Notes: generated by a model not told the origin, from the sequence alone. Shown: positions 25,013 through 35,027, counted from the stretch's first letter. The stretch is DNA of 64,000 nucleotides from Candidatus Omnitrophota bacterium (GCA_028707125.1 JAQTUX010000001.1:608662-672661); one strand, 5' to 3'. A program made the numbers and translations.

Positions 25013-26545
25013 ATGAATAATAAAGGGATGTCCCTTATCATAGTCGCGTTCCTGGTCCTGATAACGGCCACGGTTATAGTCGTGGCCTACAGCGTTTTGA
25101 TCACTGATGAGACGCTGATGGGAGGCATTGAGTTAAAACAGCAGCAGGCGCTGTATATAGCGGAGGCAGGCATAGAGCGGGCCATGGAATTTCTGGAGGA
25201 CGATACTGACTGGAGCGATAATAACGGCAGCGCTGTTATTGCTGAGAGCTTCGGCGAGGGAAGTTATTCCGTGGACCTGTCCGTGGGCACAAGGACTACC
25301 ATCGTAGTTGACTCTGAGGCCGCGCTTGACAGCGGCAGGCTTCAGGTAAGACGAAAGATCAGGCAGAAGATCCGCCGGCTTCCGGAGGCGTTCAATTACG
25401 CGTTATTTTCAGATACGGCCAATTCCTCGAGTATCCAGGGCACATTGGTGGTTAACGGAGGCGACATTTACGCCAGGGGGGATATTACCGACGGCCCGCT
25501 GAACGTAGCCGACGGCGGCACAGTAGCCACAACAACAGGGGGGCTGGTTTATTCTGAAGGCGCTGTCAGCGCGACCGGAACATATACAGTAGGCACAACA
25601 CCTGTCCATACGCCGCCTAAGCCGGTCCTGGATACCACATATTTTGCGAATATCATTACAGATTTTGACTCGGATATGAATACTTACGATACCAGCGCGG
25701 ATTATCTGGGCTATGCCGGGGTATTTGAGCCGGATCCCAACGGCGTCGTTAATATCGTGCTGTCCGGCAACAGGTATTTCAGTAATTTCAGGGTCAGGGG
25801 CAGCAGCACCATTACCGGCACAGGGGCGATCGTGTCGGACGACCTCATTAGATTGCAGCAGGATACCGTGGTTACCCCCAGCGGAGGGGATATACTATTG
25901 ATAGCGAGAAATAACGCTACGGCTGAGGACCGCTCTATACTGAACGCGAATACGGTATTGTATTCCAGCACAGGATTAGCCAGGGCCATAAACCAGTCCG
26001 TTGTTAATGATTCTACGCTTCTTTCTTCAGGCGGCATAAGGATCTTAAACCAGGCAGAGCTCACCGATTCAACCCTGTATCAATCGGATACAACCGATAC
26101 ATTGCAGGTTAACGGAGGCAACGTGCTGCTGACCTCCTGCACTCTGTTGTCCAGCGGTGGAATGAGGATAGATAATCCCGACATCCTTTCCGGCAGCATA
26201 CTGTATTCTACCGCGACCGCGGACAGGATCGATATCAATGGGGCCAACACGCTGATAGAAGGCAGCGTATTGGCCAACAGCCAGTTCCGGCTGACCAATA
26301 ATGCCGTAATAACCGGGATCGTATATGCCGTTGAGTCGGATATGAGACGGGGCACTATAAACGGCAGCGTTGCCGCCGATAGTTTTTTCAATGATGAAAT
26401 AGTCAACGGCAACAGCACGGTAACCATTAATTATGACCAGAGCTATCTTCCTGAGGCGCCCGCGGGGCTGGGCCTGGATATAGACGCGGACGGCAATGAA
26501 GAAGGTATTATAATCAAGGTGCCGGGCACATGGCGGCAACTATAA
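25013..26545 (+). CDS. GspK/PilX-like large minor pilin, Thr/Ser/Gly-rich beta-rich domain (putative tip protein)
   Basis: N-terminal KGMSLIIVAFLVL segment (no Glu5, GspK-like). 510 aa, repetitive. Confidence 0.55.
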   Translation: MNNKGMSLIIVAFLVLITATVIVVAYSVLITDETLMGGIELKQQQALYIAEAGIERAMEFLEDDTDWSDNNGSAVIAESFGEGSYSVDLSVGTRTTIVVDSEAALDSGRLQVRRKIRQKIRRLPEAFNYALFSDTANSSSIQGTLVVNGGDIYARGDITDGPLNVADGGTVATTTGGLVYSEGAVSATGTYTVGTTPVHTPPKPVLDTTYFANIITDFDSDMNTYDTSADYLGYAGVFEPDPNGVVNIVLSGNRYFSNFRVRGSSTITGTGAIVSDDLIRLQQDTVVTPSGGDILLIARNNATAEDRSILNANTVLYSSTGLARAINQSVVNDSTLLSSGGIRILNQAELTDSTLYQSDTTDTLQVNGGNVLLTSCTLLSSGGMRIDNPDILSGSILYSTATADRIDINGANTLIEGSVLANSQFRLTNNAVITGIVYAVESDMRRGTINGSVAADSFFNDEIVNGNSTVTINYDQSYLPEAPAGLGLDIDADGNEEGIIIKVPGTWRQL

Positions 26546-28083
26546 TGGCTAAGAAAACTATCATCGGGCTTGATATAGGCACAAGTTCAATAAAATCGGC
26601 AAGGTTTGCCAGGAAAGAGGACGGCCTGCATTTGATCAAGGTTGATCTCAGGGAATTTCCCCGCTCTGAAGGCGAAGCCGCGAAGGAAAAAGATGTGTTG
26701 TCCGCGCTCAAAGATATGCTTAAGGGCGTGGACATTAAAAGATCGCGGATCATCCTGAGCATTAACTGCCCCATGACTTCGCTGAAGAAGATAACCGCGC
26801 CTTATATGCCTAAAGCGGAGCTGCGCGGCGCCGTGATCATGGAGGCAAAGAGCCATTTTCCCTTCTCGCTGGAGGAGGCATTCCTGGATTTTGAGGTATT
26901 GAAGGAGGTATCCGAGAACGGCGTAAAGAGATACGAGGTCGCCCTGGCTGTTTCGCCGAAGAAGACGGTCGGCGCTTATCTATCTTTGCTGGATAAGGCA
27001 GGCATATCTCCCGCGGCGTTTATCCCCTGTTCCTACGCCTTCAAGAAGATATCCGAACGTGTTTCCGGAAGCGGCGGCAAGGTCAATTGTTTCCTGGAAA
27101 TGGGCAGCCGTTTTACCGAACTGCTTGTGTTTAAGGGCGGCGATCCGGAGTTTTACCGCAAGATACCGGTATCTGGAAGCGATTTTACCAGGGCATTGAC
27201 AGTCACCCTCGCGTCGGCAGAGGGGAAGGTAGGGCTTTCCGGCGATGAAGCAGAGGAGTTAAAGCGCAGGGAGGGCATACCGCAGGAGGCCGGGCGCGTT
27301 CTTTCCCTGCTTCGCGCCCCGCTTGAGCATTTAGTAAAAGAGATAGAGCGGTGTTTTGATTATTACCGCGAAGAAAGCGGCGGCGCCAAGGTTGATTCGC
27401 TGCTTTTATTCGGCGCGGGCGCCTCTCTTAAAGGGCTGGACAAGTATCTTTCAAAAGAGCTGGGTATGGATGTAAGGCCCGGCAACGCGTTTGAGGGTAT
27501 TACAGTGGATGAGCCGCTTTTAGACAGAGGGGAGGAAGCCGGCAGGTTGTTCGTCCCGGCTATAGGCGCGGCCTTAACCGAGGCAAAGGGCATAAATCTT
27601 CTTCCTCCGGAGATCAAGGATGAGCCAGGGCGCATCGTCAGGCGCAGCGTATCAGAGGGACTGGCAGCCGCCGCCGCGCTCATATTGCTTTTCACATATA
27701 TAGGTATGAGCATACAACTATCTAATTTTCATAAGAGGATATCCGCTGCCGCGATGGAGATCTCAGCGCTGACATCCCAGTTTAAGGAGGCCGAGGCGCA
27801 GATCGCGATAAATAAGATGCTGTTCAATGAGCCGTACTGGGAAGATGTATTTAAAGAGCTTAGCAATATCATGCCTTCAGACATATATCTCAGGGAATGC
27901 AATATGAGAGACAAGGTAATAGGCATACGGGGCACGGCAGTTTCCAAGGAGCCGGAGAGGTCAATATCCGGTTTTATACTCGCGCTGGAAAAGGGCATAT
28001 TCAGCAGTGTAAAGCTGGTCGCTTCCAGAAAGGCGCAGGAGGGCTCATCCAACGAGTTTGAGTTGAAATGCTGGCTGGACTGA
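26530..28083 (+). CDS. PilM-PilN fusion protein
   Basis: Actin-like PilM N-terminus (IIGLDIGTSSIK), TM helix near residue 370, then a PilN-like periplasmic domain. 517 aa. Confidence 0.7.
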   Translation: MAATIMAKKTIIGLDIGTSSIKSARFARKEDGLHLIKVDLREFPRSEGEAAKEKDVLSALKDMLKGVDIKRSRIILSINCPMTSLKKITAPYMPKAELRGAVIMEAKSHFPFSLEEAFLDFEVLKEVSENGVKRYEVALAVSPKKTVGAYLSLLDKAGISPAAFIPCSYAFKKISERVSGSGGKVNCFLEMGSRFTELLVFKGGDPEFYRKIPVSGSDFTRALTVTLASAEGKVGLSGDEAEELKRREGIPQEAGRVLSLLRAPLEHLVKEIERCFDYYREESGGAKVDSLLLFGAGASLKGLDKYLSKELGMDVRPGNAFEGITVDEPLLDRGEEAGRLFVPAIGAALTEAKGINLLPPEIKDEPGRIVRRSVSEGLAAAAALILLFTYIGMSIQLSNFHKRISAAAMEISALTSQFKEAEAQIAINKMLFNEPYWEDVFKELSNIMPSDIYLRECNMRDKVIGIRGTAVSKEPERSISGFILALEKGIFSSVKLVASRKAQEGSSNEFELKCWLD

Positions 28084-28604
28084 CAGGGTTTAAAAATATG
28101 GAGATGACGAAAGAGAGATTGGCAGCGGTTGTATCGGCGTCTTTGGTTATTTTCGGCCTGGGGCTTTATCTTTTTTTATACAGGCCGCTTAAGCTGAAGT
28201 TGAGGGATGCCCGCGTTCAGGCGGCTGCTGTTGAAAAAGACCTGGCAAGGATGCATCGGGCCATAGGATATCTTAAGAAGAACCCTGTCAGAAGGGCGAT
28301 AATAACCGAGGATGGCGTGTCTTTGGCCATGGATGAGCTGACGCAGGAGGCAAAACTAAAAGGCATAAACTTTATTTCTATAACCCCTGCTCAGCCCATA
28401 GAGTCCAGGACAGGCGGCTATAAGATCCTGCCCATAGACATTGAGGCGGAGTCCACCTACGCCGATTTCGGGATATTTCTGGGGGCGTTGGATGAATTTA
28501 AGAACAGCGTAGTCACGGTAGAGGGCTTTAGCCTGTATTCTTACGGAGATGATCCGGCAAACTTAAGGAGCAGGTTGACGTTAGGCATTTATCTGTCGGA
28601 GTAA
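28068..28604 (+). CDS. PilO-like assembly protein
   Basis: Single TM plus coiled-coil plus C-terminal domain. Position in operon. Confidence 0.55.
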   Translation: MLAGLTGFKNMEMTKERLAAVVSASLVIFGLGLYLFLYRPLKLKLRDARVQAAAVEKDLARMHRAIGYLKKNPVRRAIITEDGVSLAMDELTQEAKLKGINFISITPAQPIESRTGGYKILPIDIEAESTYADFGIFLGALDEFKNSVVTVEGFSLYSYGDDPANLRSRLTLGIYLSE

Positions 28605-28605
28605 A

Positions 28606-29010
28606 ATGAGAGATAGAAAACTGATAGCGTTGGTTGTGTTGGGTGTCGCGGCGGTATTCAGTTTGATCTACGGCATAGTTACGCCTTCAAGGGCAAGGCG
28701 CGCGGCAGCGCGGCAGGATAAAGGAGCGGGCAGCGTTGAAGAGATCGAGACCAGGCAGCGCTATAAAAGGACGGCGTTCGCTTCCTGGGGGAGAAATCCG
28801 TTTACGCTGACAAAGGCGCCTGCTCAGGTATACCAGGGCATTGTTTTAAAGGGGATAATCCGGGATGCCCGGGGGTCTCTGGCCGTGATAAACGACGTTA
28901 TCGCCGGAGTAGGCGATAAGGTCGGCGCGAACACGGTGATTGAGATAAAAGAAGACAGGGTGATCTTGGACGGCAGCGCCGGTAAATTTGAGCTTGAATT
29001 AGAGCAATAA
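28606..29010 (+). CDS. PilP-like small pilus assembly protein
   Basis: 134 aa, N-terminal TM/signal, beta-rich C-terminus. Last gene of the operon. Confidence 0.45.
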   Translation: MRDRKLIALVVLGVAAVFSLIYGIVTPSRARRAAARQDKGAGSVEEIETRQRYKRTAFASWGRNPFTLTKAPAQVYQGIVLKGIIRDARGSLAVINDVIAGVGDKVGANTVIEIKEDRVILDGSAGKFELELEQ

Positions 29011-29039
29011 AATATCTTGACAGTAATAAAATCAGTGTT

Positions 29040-29062
29040 ACTATTGTGATAAAGGTGTTATC
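29040..29062 (+). promoter_or_regulatory. putative NikR operator, 6-5-6 palindrome abutting the nikR start codon
   Basis: TGATAA-aggtg-TTATCA directly followed by ATG. TTGACA at 29017. Confidence 0.4.
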
Positions 29063-29464
29063 ATGAAAACTATAAAGCGTTTTGGCGTTTCTTTGGAAGA
29101 GGGGCTGCTTAGCGAGTTGGACGGCCTGGCAAAAAGGCAGAAGTTCCCCAGCAGGAGCCAGGCAATAAGATTCCTCATAAGGAACAATGTAGTAGAAGAT
29201 GCCTGGCAGAGTAATAAAGATGTTGCCGGATGCATCGTCCTGATCTATGACCATCATAAAAGGGACCTGGTAAATAAATCTCTGGATATCCAGCACAAGT
29301 TCGGCCATTTGATCCTTTCCAGCCAGCACGTCCATTTAGACCATCATAGCTGCCTGGAGATGGTTGCCTTGAAAGGTAGTGCCTCCGGGCTTAAGGAGTT
29401 GGCCGATAGTTTAATATCCCTGAAAGGCATAAAGCACGGCAGATTGGTTATGACAGGGGTTTAA
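29063..29464 (+). CDS. nikR: nickel-responsive transcriptional regulator NikR
   Basis: RHH N-terminus. C-terminal nickel-binding His/Cys cluster (HHKRD..HLDHHSCLE). Confidence 0.85.
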   Translation: MKTIKRFGVSLEEGLLSELDGLAKRQKFPSRSQAIRFLIRNNVVEDAWQSNKDVAGCIVLIYDHHKRDLVNKSLDIQHKFGHLILSSQHVHLDHHSCLEMVALKGSASGLKELADSLISLKGIKHGRLVMTGV

Positions 29465-29531
29465 TTTTTTTTCTTTCCTGGTAGCACGATTTTCAAAAAG
29501 GTGATATATATAGGTAAAGAAAGGGGGAAAG

Positions 29532-30881
29532 ATGAGAAAAGGCGCAGTCATTGTTTTATTATTTTGCTTTCTTTGCGGTGTAAATTCTTCCTGGGCAGGG
29601 GAAGGCGTATCCAATGAGGAATTACTGAAGGAAATACAGGCGTTGAAAGAAGCGGCTGCTAAACAGGAGAAGAGAATCGCGGAGCTGGAGCAGCGGCTCG
29701 CGCAGCAGGAATCCGCGCCTAAGGGCGCGCAGCTTAAAGATATGACCATAGAGGATTTTGACAAGCATATAGATTCCCATTTATTGCACAGGATTCCCGG
29801 TTATCAACTGTTTGATGGGCTGCGCATGGGCTTGGGCGCGACATTTATATCGCAGGCAACTTATAACGCAAACGCGGACGCCCTTTCTCGCGAGGGAGAG
29901 GACGCGGCGGATGCTTCTTATTCTGTTGATCTGGAATTTGAAAAGGAGTTTGCTGGATCGGGGAGGGCATTTCTGCATCTTGAGACAGGGGACGGCGCAG
30001 GCGTAGAGGATGAGCTCAAACTGTTTGCCAATGTCAACAGAGACGCGGACGACTCGGACAATGGCATATCCGTGACTGAAATCTGGTATGAATATTATAT
30101 GGACAATATGCCGTTGAGTTGGACGTTCGGCAAGATCGATCCCACTATTTATGTAGACAATAATGAATATGCCAATGATGAGACCACCCAGTTTTTAGGC
30201 AGAATATTCAGGAATTCTCCTACAGTGGAATTCCCCGATAATAGCCCGGGTATCCGCCTGGGATTGGAGCCGACTGAGTTTATGGGCGCTGAGTTGGTGT
30301 TAATGGACGCGGACAGCGACTGGGAAGATATGTTTGACGGCGTGTTCCTCGCAGGCCAGGTTAATCTTAAACCGGCATTATTCGGCAAAGGCGGCAATTA
30401 CCGCCTGCTCGGCTGGTTAAATGACAGGAATCATATCAAGTGGCATGACGCCACAAAAGATAAGGAAGAGGGCTATGGGTTTGGCGTGAGTGTCGACCAG
30501 CAATTCAGCGATAATCTTGGCGCCTTTGCCAGATATGGATGGCAGGACCCGCAACAGCGCCTAAGCGGCTTGGATGACGATTTTTCCCTCGAGCACTCCT
30601 GGAGCGCGGGATTACAATTTAGCGGTGATCTCTGGGGAAGAGATGAAGACGTATTGGCCGTTGCGGTCGGTGAGGCGATCCCCTCGGATGACTACAAAGA
30701 TTCCGGCAGCCTGAATGCCAAAGACGAACGCCATTTAGAAGCGTATTACAGTTTTAAGGCGAACGAACATTTGACCTTAAGCCCGGATGTCCAGATAATA
30801 TGGAATCCTTACGGCGATGACGCGGTAAACGGCAAAGACACTATTGTCGTAGGAGGCATAAGGGGACAAGTAGATTTCTAA
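29532..30881 (+). CDS. outer-membrane porin, OprB/carbohydrate-porin-like with N-terminal coiled coil
   Basis: Signal peptide, coiled coil, aromatic-rich beta-barrel region, C-terminal ...VDF. Confidence 0.55.
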   Translation: MRKGAVIVLLFCFLCGVNSSWAGEGVSNEELLKEIQALKEAAAKQEKRIAELEQRLAQQESAPKGAQLKDMTIEDFDKHIDSHLLHRIPGYQLFDGLRMGLGATFISQATYNANADALSREGEDAADASYSVDLEFEKEFAGSGRAFLHLETGDGAGVEDELKLFANVNRDADDSDNGISVTEIWYEYYMDNMPLSWTFGKIDPTIYVDNNEYANDETTQFLGRIFRNSPTVEFPDNSPGIRLGLEPTEFMGAELVLMDADSDWEDMFDGVFLAGQVNLKPALFGKGGNYRLLGWLNDRNHIKWHDATKDKEEGYGFGVSVDQQFSDNLGAFARYGWQDPQQRLSGLDDDFSLEHSWSAGLQFSGDLWGRDEDVLAVAVGEAIPSDDYKDSGSLNAKDERHLEAYYSFKANEHLTLSPDVQIIWNPYGDDAVNGKDTIVVGGIRGQVDF

Positions 30882-30895
30882 ATACAGAAAGGAGG

Positions 30896-31537
30896 ATGAT
30901 TATGCATATACCGGACGGATTTCTGGCGGTTAATACCTGGGCGCCCGCGTGGTTGATCTCTTTAGGCGGTTTAAGTTTCTGTTTCAAAAGGACTGCCGCT
31001 ACACTGAAAGATAGAATGGTGCCGTTAATGGGTGTCGCGTCCGCCTTTATTTTCGCGGCGCAGATGCTTAATTTTCCCGTAATGGCAGGGACTTCCGGGC
31101 ATCTGTTAGGGGGCGTCCTGGCAGCGGTTTTGCTTGGGCCTTGCGCGGGGGCGATCGTGATCGCCGTAGTCCTTATCGCCCAGTGTTTTATATTTCAAGA
31201 TGGAGGGTTTACTGCCTTGGGCGCCAATATCTTGAACATGTCCTTTATAGGGGCCGGGGCGGGTTATTTTATTTATAACGGTATCAGGACGGTTATAGGC
31301 GGCGATAGAGGGGTGGTTGTCGGCGCGGCTGCCGCGGCCTGGGCCTCTGTGGTTCTGGCTTCCAGCGCCTGCGCCGTTGAACTGGCCATATCCGGCACAT
31401 CGCCTCTGAAGGCAGCGCTTCCCGCGATGGCAGGGGTGCACGCGCTTATAGGCATAGGCGAGGCAATGATCACTTCAGTGGTTATCGGATTTGTATTGAA
31501 GGTAAGGCCGGATCTGATATATAATAAGGAGGCATAA
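30896..31537 (+). CDS. cbiM: ECF nickel/cobalt transporter substrate-capture subunit CbiM/NikM
   Basis: N-terminal MHIPDGFL motif. Polytopic membrane protein. Confidence 0.85.
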   Translation: MIMHIPDGFLAVNTWAPAWLISLGGLSFCFKRTAATLKDRMVPLMGVASAFIFAAQMLNFPVMAGTSGHLLGGVLAAVLLGPCAGAIVIAVVLIAQCFIFQDGGFTALGANILNMSFIGAGAGYFIYNGIRTVIGGDRGVVVGAAAAAWASVVLASSACAVELAISGTSPLKAALPAMAGVHALIGIGEAMITSVVIGFVLKVRPDLIYNKEA

Positions 31538-31539
31538 TT

Positions 31540-31833
31540 ATGGGAAAAAAAGATATATTTTTCAGTTTGATTTTAGCGCTTTTCCTGGCTGGGGCGCTTT
31601 CGCTTTTTGCCTCTTCCTGGCCCGACGGGCTGGAGAAGGTCGCTGAAACAAAAGGGTTCTTGGAAAAAGGAGAGGGCAGGCCTGTTTTTGTTTCTCCTGT
31701 TCCGGATTATGCCTGGCCGGGCATGGAAAATGAGGGGTTGGCTACCGCTGCCGCGGGCATAGCGGGGACGCTGATAGTGTTCGGCGCGGGGTATGGATTA
31801 GCAGCCTTTATCAGGCGGCGTCAAAATGAATGA
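31540..31833 (+). CDS. CbiN/NikL-like small membrane component
   Basis: 97 aa, two TM helices. Lies between cbiM and cbiQ. Confidence 0.55.
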   Translation: MGKKDIFFSLILALFLAGALSLFASSWPDGLEKVAETKGFLEKGEGRPVFVSPVPDYAWPGMENEGLATAAAGIAGTLIVFGAGYGLAAFIRRRQNE

Positions 31834-32477
31834 AACATTTTTATATAGATAAATACAGCGATATAGACAGTCCGTTTCAACGGCTTGACGCGAGGGTAAA
31901 GGTCGTCGGTTTTATCGCCTTTATTTTGTCTATAGCGCTTACCCCCGCGCGTCTATTTATCGCTTTTTTATTCTACGGGCTGCTTATCTGCCGGCTGGCC
32001 CTGTTGTCAAAGGTGCCGCTTTTGTTCATCCTTAAGAGGTCGCTGGTGATCGTCCCTTTTGTATTAATGGTAACGGTCTTTATCCCTTTCTTTAAAAAAG
32101 GCCCCGAAGGCCTGATGATCTTCTGGAATGTCCTGATAAAGTCATCTTTATCCATTTGTTGCGCGGTTCTCCTTACTTCAAGTACCAGGTTTACCTATAT
32201 ATTAAAGGCGCTTCAGGACCTGAGATGCCCGAAACTGCTGACTACAGTGCTTTCTTTTATGTATCGCTATATTTTCGTTGTGCAGGATGAATTGATGGAG
32301 ATGCTTCAGGCAAAAGAGTCCAGGTCAGCCGGCGGCTCAAGATGGTTTAATGTGAAGGCGCTGGCTAATATCGCCGCGGTTTTATTTATTAAGAGTTATG
32401 AAAGGGCGGAGGCCGTGTACCTGGCCATGTGTTCAAGGGGATTCACCGGGCACATACATACAATAAATGACAGATAA
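31830..32477 (+). CDS. cbiQ: ECF transporter transmembrane subunit CbiQ
   Basis: 215-aa polytopic protein in an M-N-Q-O arrangement. Confidence 0.75.
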   Translation: MKHFYIDKYSDIDSPFQRLDARVKVVGFIAFILSIALTPARLFIAFLFYGLLICRLALLSKVPLLFILKRSLVIVPFVLMVTVFIPFFKKGPEGLMIFWNVLIKSSLSICCAVLLTSSTRFTYILKALQDLRCPKLLTTVLSFMYRYIFVVQDELMEMLQAKESRSAGGSRWFNVKALANIAAVLFIKSYERAEAVYLAMCSRGFTGHIHTINDR

Positions 32478-33222
32478 GGCAGTTGAGATCAACGGTTTAA
32501 GTTACAGTTATCCTGATGGCACGGCCGCGCTTGACAATATAGGCCTGGAGATATCAAAAGGCGAATCTTTGGGTATTGTCGGGCCGAACGGAGCGGGGAA
32601 GTCAACGCTGCTCCTGCATCTAAACGGAATATTGAGGCGTAATGGCAGTGTAAAGGTCCTGGGGATGGATGTAAATGATGATAACCTGCCATTGATCAGG
32701 GGCAAGGTAGGCCTGATTTTTCAGGACCCGGACAGCCAGCTTTTTATGCCTACGGTTCGCGAAGACGTATCATTCGGCCCGGTCAATATGATGCTCGCCA
32801 GGGATGAAGTGGATAGGCGCGTCAAGGGGGCGTTGGAAGAAGTGGATATGTCAGGTTTTCTTGACCGTCCTTCTCATCACTTAAGTTTTGGCGAGAAAAG
32901 GAGGGTTTCTATCGCCACTGTTCTTTCTATGAAGCCGGAGATCCTGGCGCTGGATGAGCCCAGCAGCAATTTAGACCCGAAGCACAGGCGCGATCTGATA
33001 AACTTTCTTAAAGGGATAAAACTCACAAAGATAATCGCCACGCATGACCTGGAGCTGGTGCTCGAGGTCTGTTCGCGCGTGGTATTGCTGGATAAGGGGA
33101 GGGTTGTTGCTTGCGGGGATAACAAAGCGATATTGAAAGACAGGGATTTGCTGGATAAGCATAATCTGGAAGTGCCTTATTCATTGAGGCAGGGCAGTAT
33201 TAATATATCAGAAAATACTTGA
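32467..33222 (+). CDS. cbiO: ECF transporter ATPase CbiO
   Basis: Walker A GPNGAGKST, signature LSFGEKRR, Walker B LALDEP. Confidence 0.85.
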   Translation: MTDKAVEINGLSYSYPDGTAALDNIGLEISKGESLGIVGPNGAGKSTLLLHLNGILRRNGSVKVLGMDVNDDNLPLIRGKVGLIFQDPDSQLFMPTVREDVSFGPVNMMLARDEVDRRVKGALEEVDMSGFLDRPSHHLSFGEKRRVSIATVLSMKPEILALDEPSSNLDPKHRRDLINFLKGIKLTKIIATHDLELVLEVCSRVVLLDKGRVVACGDNKAILKDRDLLDKHNLEVPYSLRQGSINISENT

Positions 33223-33275
33223 CAGAAGCCGTAGAGTAAGGTATATTTAGTAATGGAAACCACTTTCATCAAGGA

Positions 33276-33761
33276 GTGATCTTAAAAATGCCAAGAGGTG
33301 AATGCGGTAGAGAGGGGTGGTGGCACGGCAGATTCAGGGGCTGCGGCTACCGGCTTACTACAGGCCGGGAGGCGATCCTTGATGTCCTGTCTAAATCAGA
33401 AGGCCACTTGAGCGCCGAGGATATATACATGAAGGTTCACTTGAAGCACCCTAATACCGGGCTTACCACTATTTACAGGACATTAGACGTGCTGTCCGAT
33501 CTTGGCATGATATATAAGCTTGATTTCGGCGATGGCAGGGCTCGTTATGAATTAGCAGAAGGCCCTAAAGGAGCGCATCATCACCATCATTTAGTCTGTA
33601 CCGGCTGCAAAAGGGTGATCGATTATACGGACTTTATTGATGAAGAAGTGGAGCTGCTCCAGCAAACAGAAAAGGGCCTGGGGAAAAAGTATAATTTTAA
33701 GATCAACAATCACGTTATCCAGTTTTATGGCTTATGCGAAAAATGCGGCGGCAAGAAATAA
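33276..33761 (+). CDS. Fur-family metalloregulator (Zur/Nur-like) with His5 tract
   Basis: Winged-helix TIYRTLDVLSDLGMIYK, HHHHHLVCTGC, C-terminal CEKCGG. The first roughly 10 codons may be an over-extension. Confidence 0.75.
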   Translation: MILKMPRGECGREGWWHGRFRGCGYRLTTGREAILDVLSKSEGHLSAEDIYMKVHLKHPNTGLTTIYRTLDVLSDLGMIYKLDFGDGRARYELAEGPKGAHHHHHLVCTGCKRVIDYTDFIDEEVELLQQTEKGLGKKYNFKINNHVIQFYGLCEKCGGKK

Positions 33762-33816
33762 CCGCTATATTTTTTTTCTTTATTAATGGAAATGGTTTTC
33801 AATAACAGAAAGGAAG

Positions 33817-34209
33817 GTGATAGTTATGCCAGGTTTTGACGGAACAGGGCCGCAGGGAGCAGGCCCTATGACAGGAGGGGGCAGAGGTTATTGCGCCTTT
33901 CCCCTATCGGGCAACAGGCCAATGTATGCCGGCCAAAGATTCTTTGGCAGAGGGGGCGTAAGAGGCCGAAGAAATCGGTATTACGCAACCGGGCTTACCG
34001 GTTGGCAGAGAGCCGCAATGGGGATGCCCTTTGGCTTTGCTAATGGAGGGCCTGCTTTTGGCGGGGCGTATCCTTACACGCCTGCGATTACGCCGAAGCA
34101 AGAAACGGATATCTTAAGAAATGAAGCTGAATTTCTAAGAAAGCAGCTTGAAGATATCCAGGGCCGCATTGATGCTTTAGAGGATGCCCGGCAGGAAAAG
34201 GGCGAATAA
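33817..34209 (+). CDS. DUF5320-family protein (Gly/Arg-rich N-terminus, C-terminal coiled coil)
   Basis: MPGFDGTGPQGAGPMTGGGRGYCA... typical DUF5320 N-terminus. Confidence 0.6.
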   Translation: MIVMPGFDGTGPQGAGPMTGGGRGYCAFPLSGNRPMYAGQRFFGRGGVRGRRNRYYATGLTGWQRAAMGMPFGFANGGPAFGGAYPYTPAITPKQETDILRNEAEFLRKQLEDIQGRIDALEDARQEKGE

Positions 34210-34233
34210 TTATAATTTGAGAAAGGAGCGGTT

Positions 34234-34632
34234 ATGCGCATAGCTATATCCACAGATGGAGAGTTTGTGTCTGCTCATTTCGGCAGATGCCCTTCTTTTA
34301 CTCTTGTTGATATTGAGGATAGCAAGGTAACTAAGAGGGTGGAAGTCGCTAATCCCGGGCATCAGCCGGGAGCAATCCCCGAGTTTTTGCATAAAAAAGG
34401 CGTCAATTGTATCGTCGCCGGAGGCATGGGAATGCGGGCGGTGTCATTTTTTGAGGACTATGGTATTAAGACGATCGTGGGGGTAAGCGGAAAGATCGAT
34501 GACGCAGTAGAGCAGCTTAAAAAAGGCACATTAGAAGGCGGTGAGAGTCTTTGTAAACCCGGAGCGGGTAAGGGTTATGGTTTGGAGAAAGAGGAATGCG
34601 ACCATCCGCACGAGGATGATTGCGGGCATTAA
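34234..34632 (+). CDS. NifX/NifB-C-type (dinitrogenase FeMo-cofactor biosynthesis domain) protein
   Basis: MRIAISTDGEFVSAHFGRCPSFTLVDIE..., PF02579-type fold. C-terminal CDHPHEDDCGH metal site. Confidence 0.7.
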   Translation: MRIAISTDGEFVSAHFGRCPSFTLVDIEDSKVTKRVEVANPGHQPGAIPEFLHKKGVNCIVAGGMGMRAVSFFEDYGIKTIVGVSGKIDDAVEQLKKGTLEGGESLCKPGAGKGYGLEKEECDHPHEDDCGH

Positions 34633-34649
34633 ATCAGGGAGGTAGCAGC

Positions 34650-35027
34650 ATGAAAATTTGCGTAACTTCGCAAGGCAGGGATTTGGGCGCGCAGGTTGAC
34701 CCGCGTTTCGGCAGATGCCAATATTTTATTATTGCCGATACCGATACGTTGGAATTCGAGGCTGTTGAGAATCCCAATATCAAATCTATGGGTGGCGCGG
34801 GGATTCAATCCGCGCAACTGGTTGCTTCTAAGAGAGTTAAGGCGATGCTTACGGGAAACGTCGGGCCCAATGCCTTTCAAACATTGCAGGCGGCAGGGAT
34901 AGAGGTTTTTACCGGCGCATCCGGCACGGTTAAAGAAGCGATTGAGAAGTATAAAAAGGGGGAATTCAAGGCTGTTTCCGGACCAAGCGTCGGTTCTCAT
35001 GCCGGAATGCCGGGCAAGAAAAAATAG
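34650..35027 (+). CDS. second NifX/NifB-C-type protein
   Basis: MKICVTSQGRDLGAQVDPRFGRCQYFIIADTD... Start taken at the ATG at 34650. Confidence 0.7.
   Translation: MKICVTSQGRDLGAQVDPRFGRCQYFIIADTDTLEFEAVENPNIKSMGGAGIQSAQLVASKRVKAMLTGNVGPNAFQTLQAAGIEVFTGASGTVKEAIEKYKKGEFKAVSGPSVGSHAGMPGKKK

Noticed and set aside
25409-26539. Several minus-strand ORFs (66 to 156 aa) within the large minor-pilin gene
   Set aside because: They lie inside a repetitive Thr/Ser/Gly-rich coding region. They are antisense and overlap each other.
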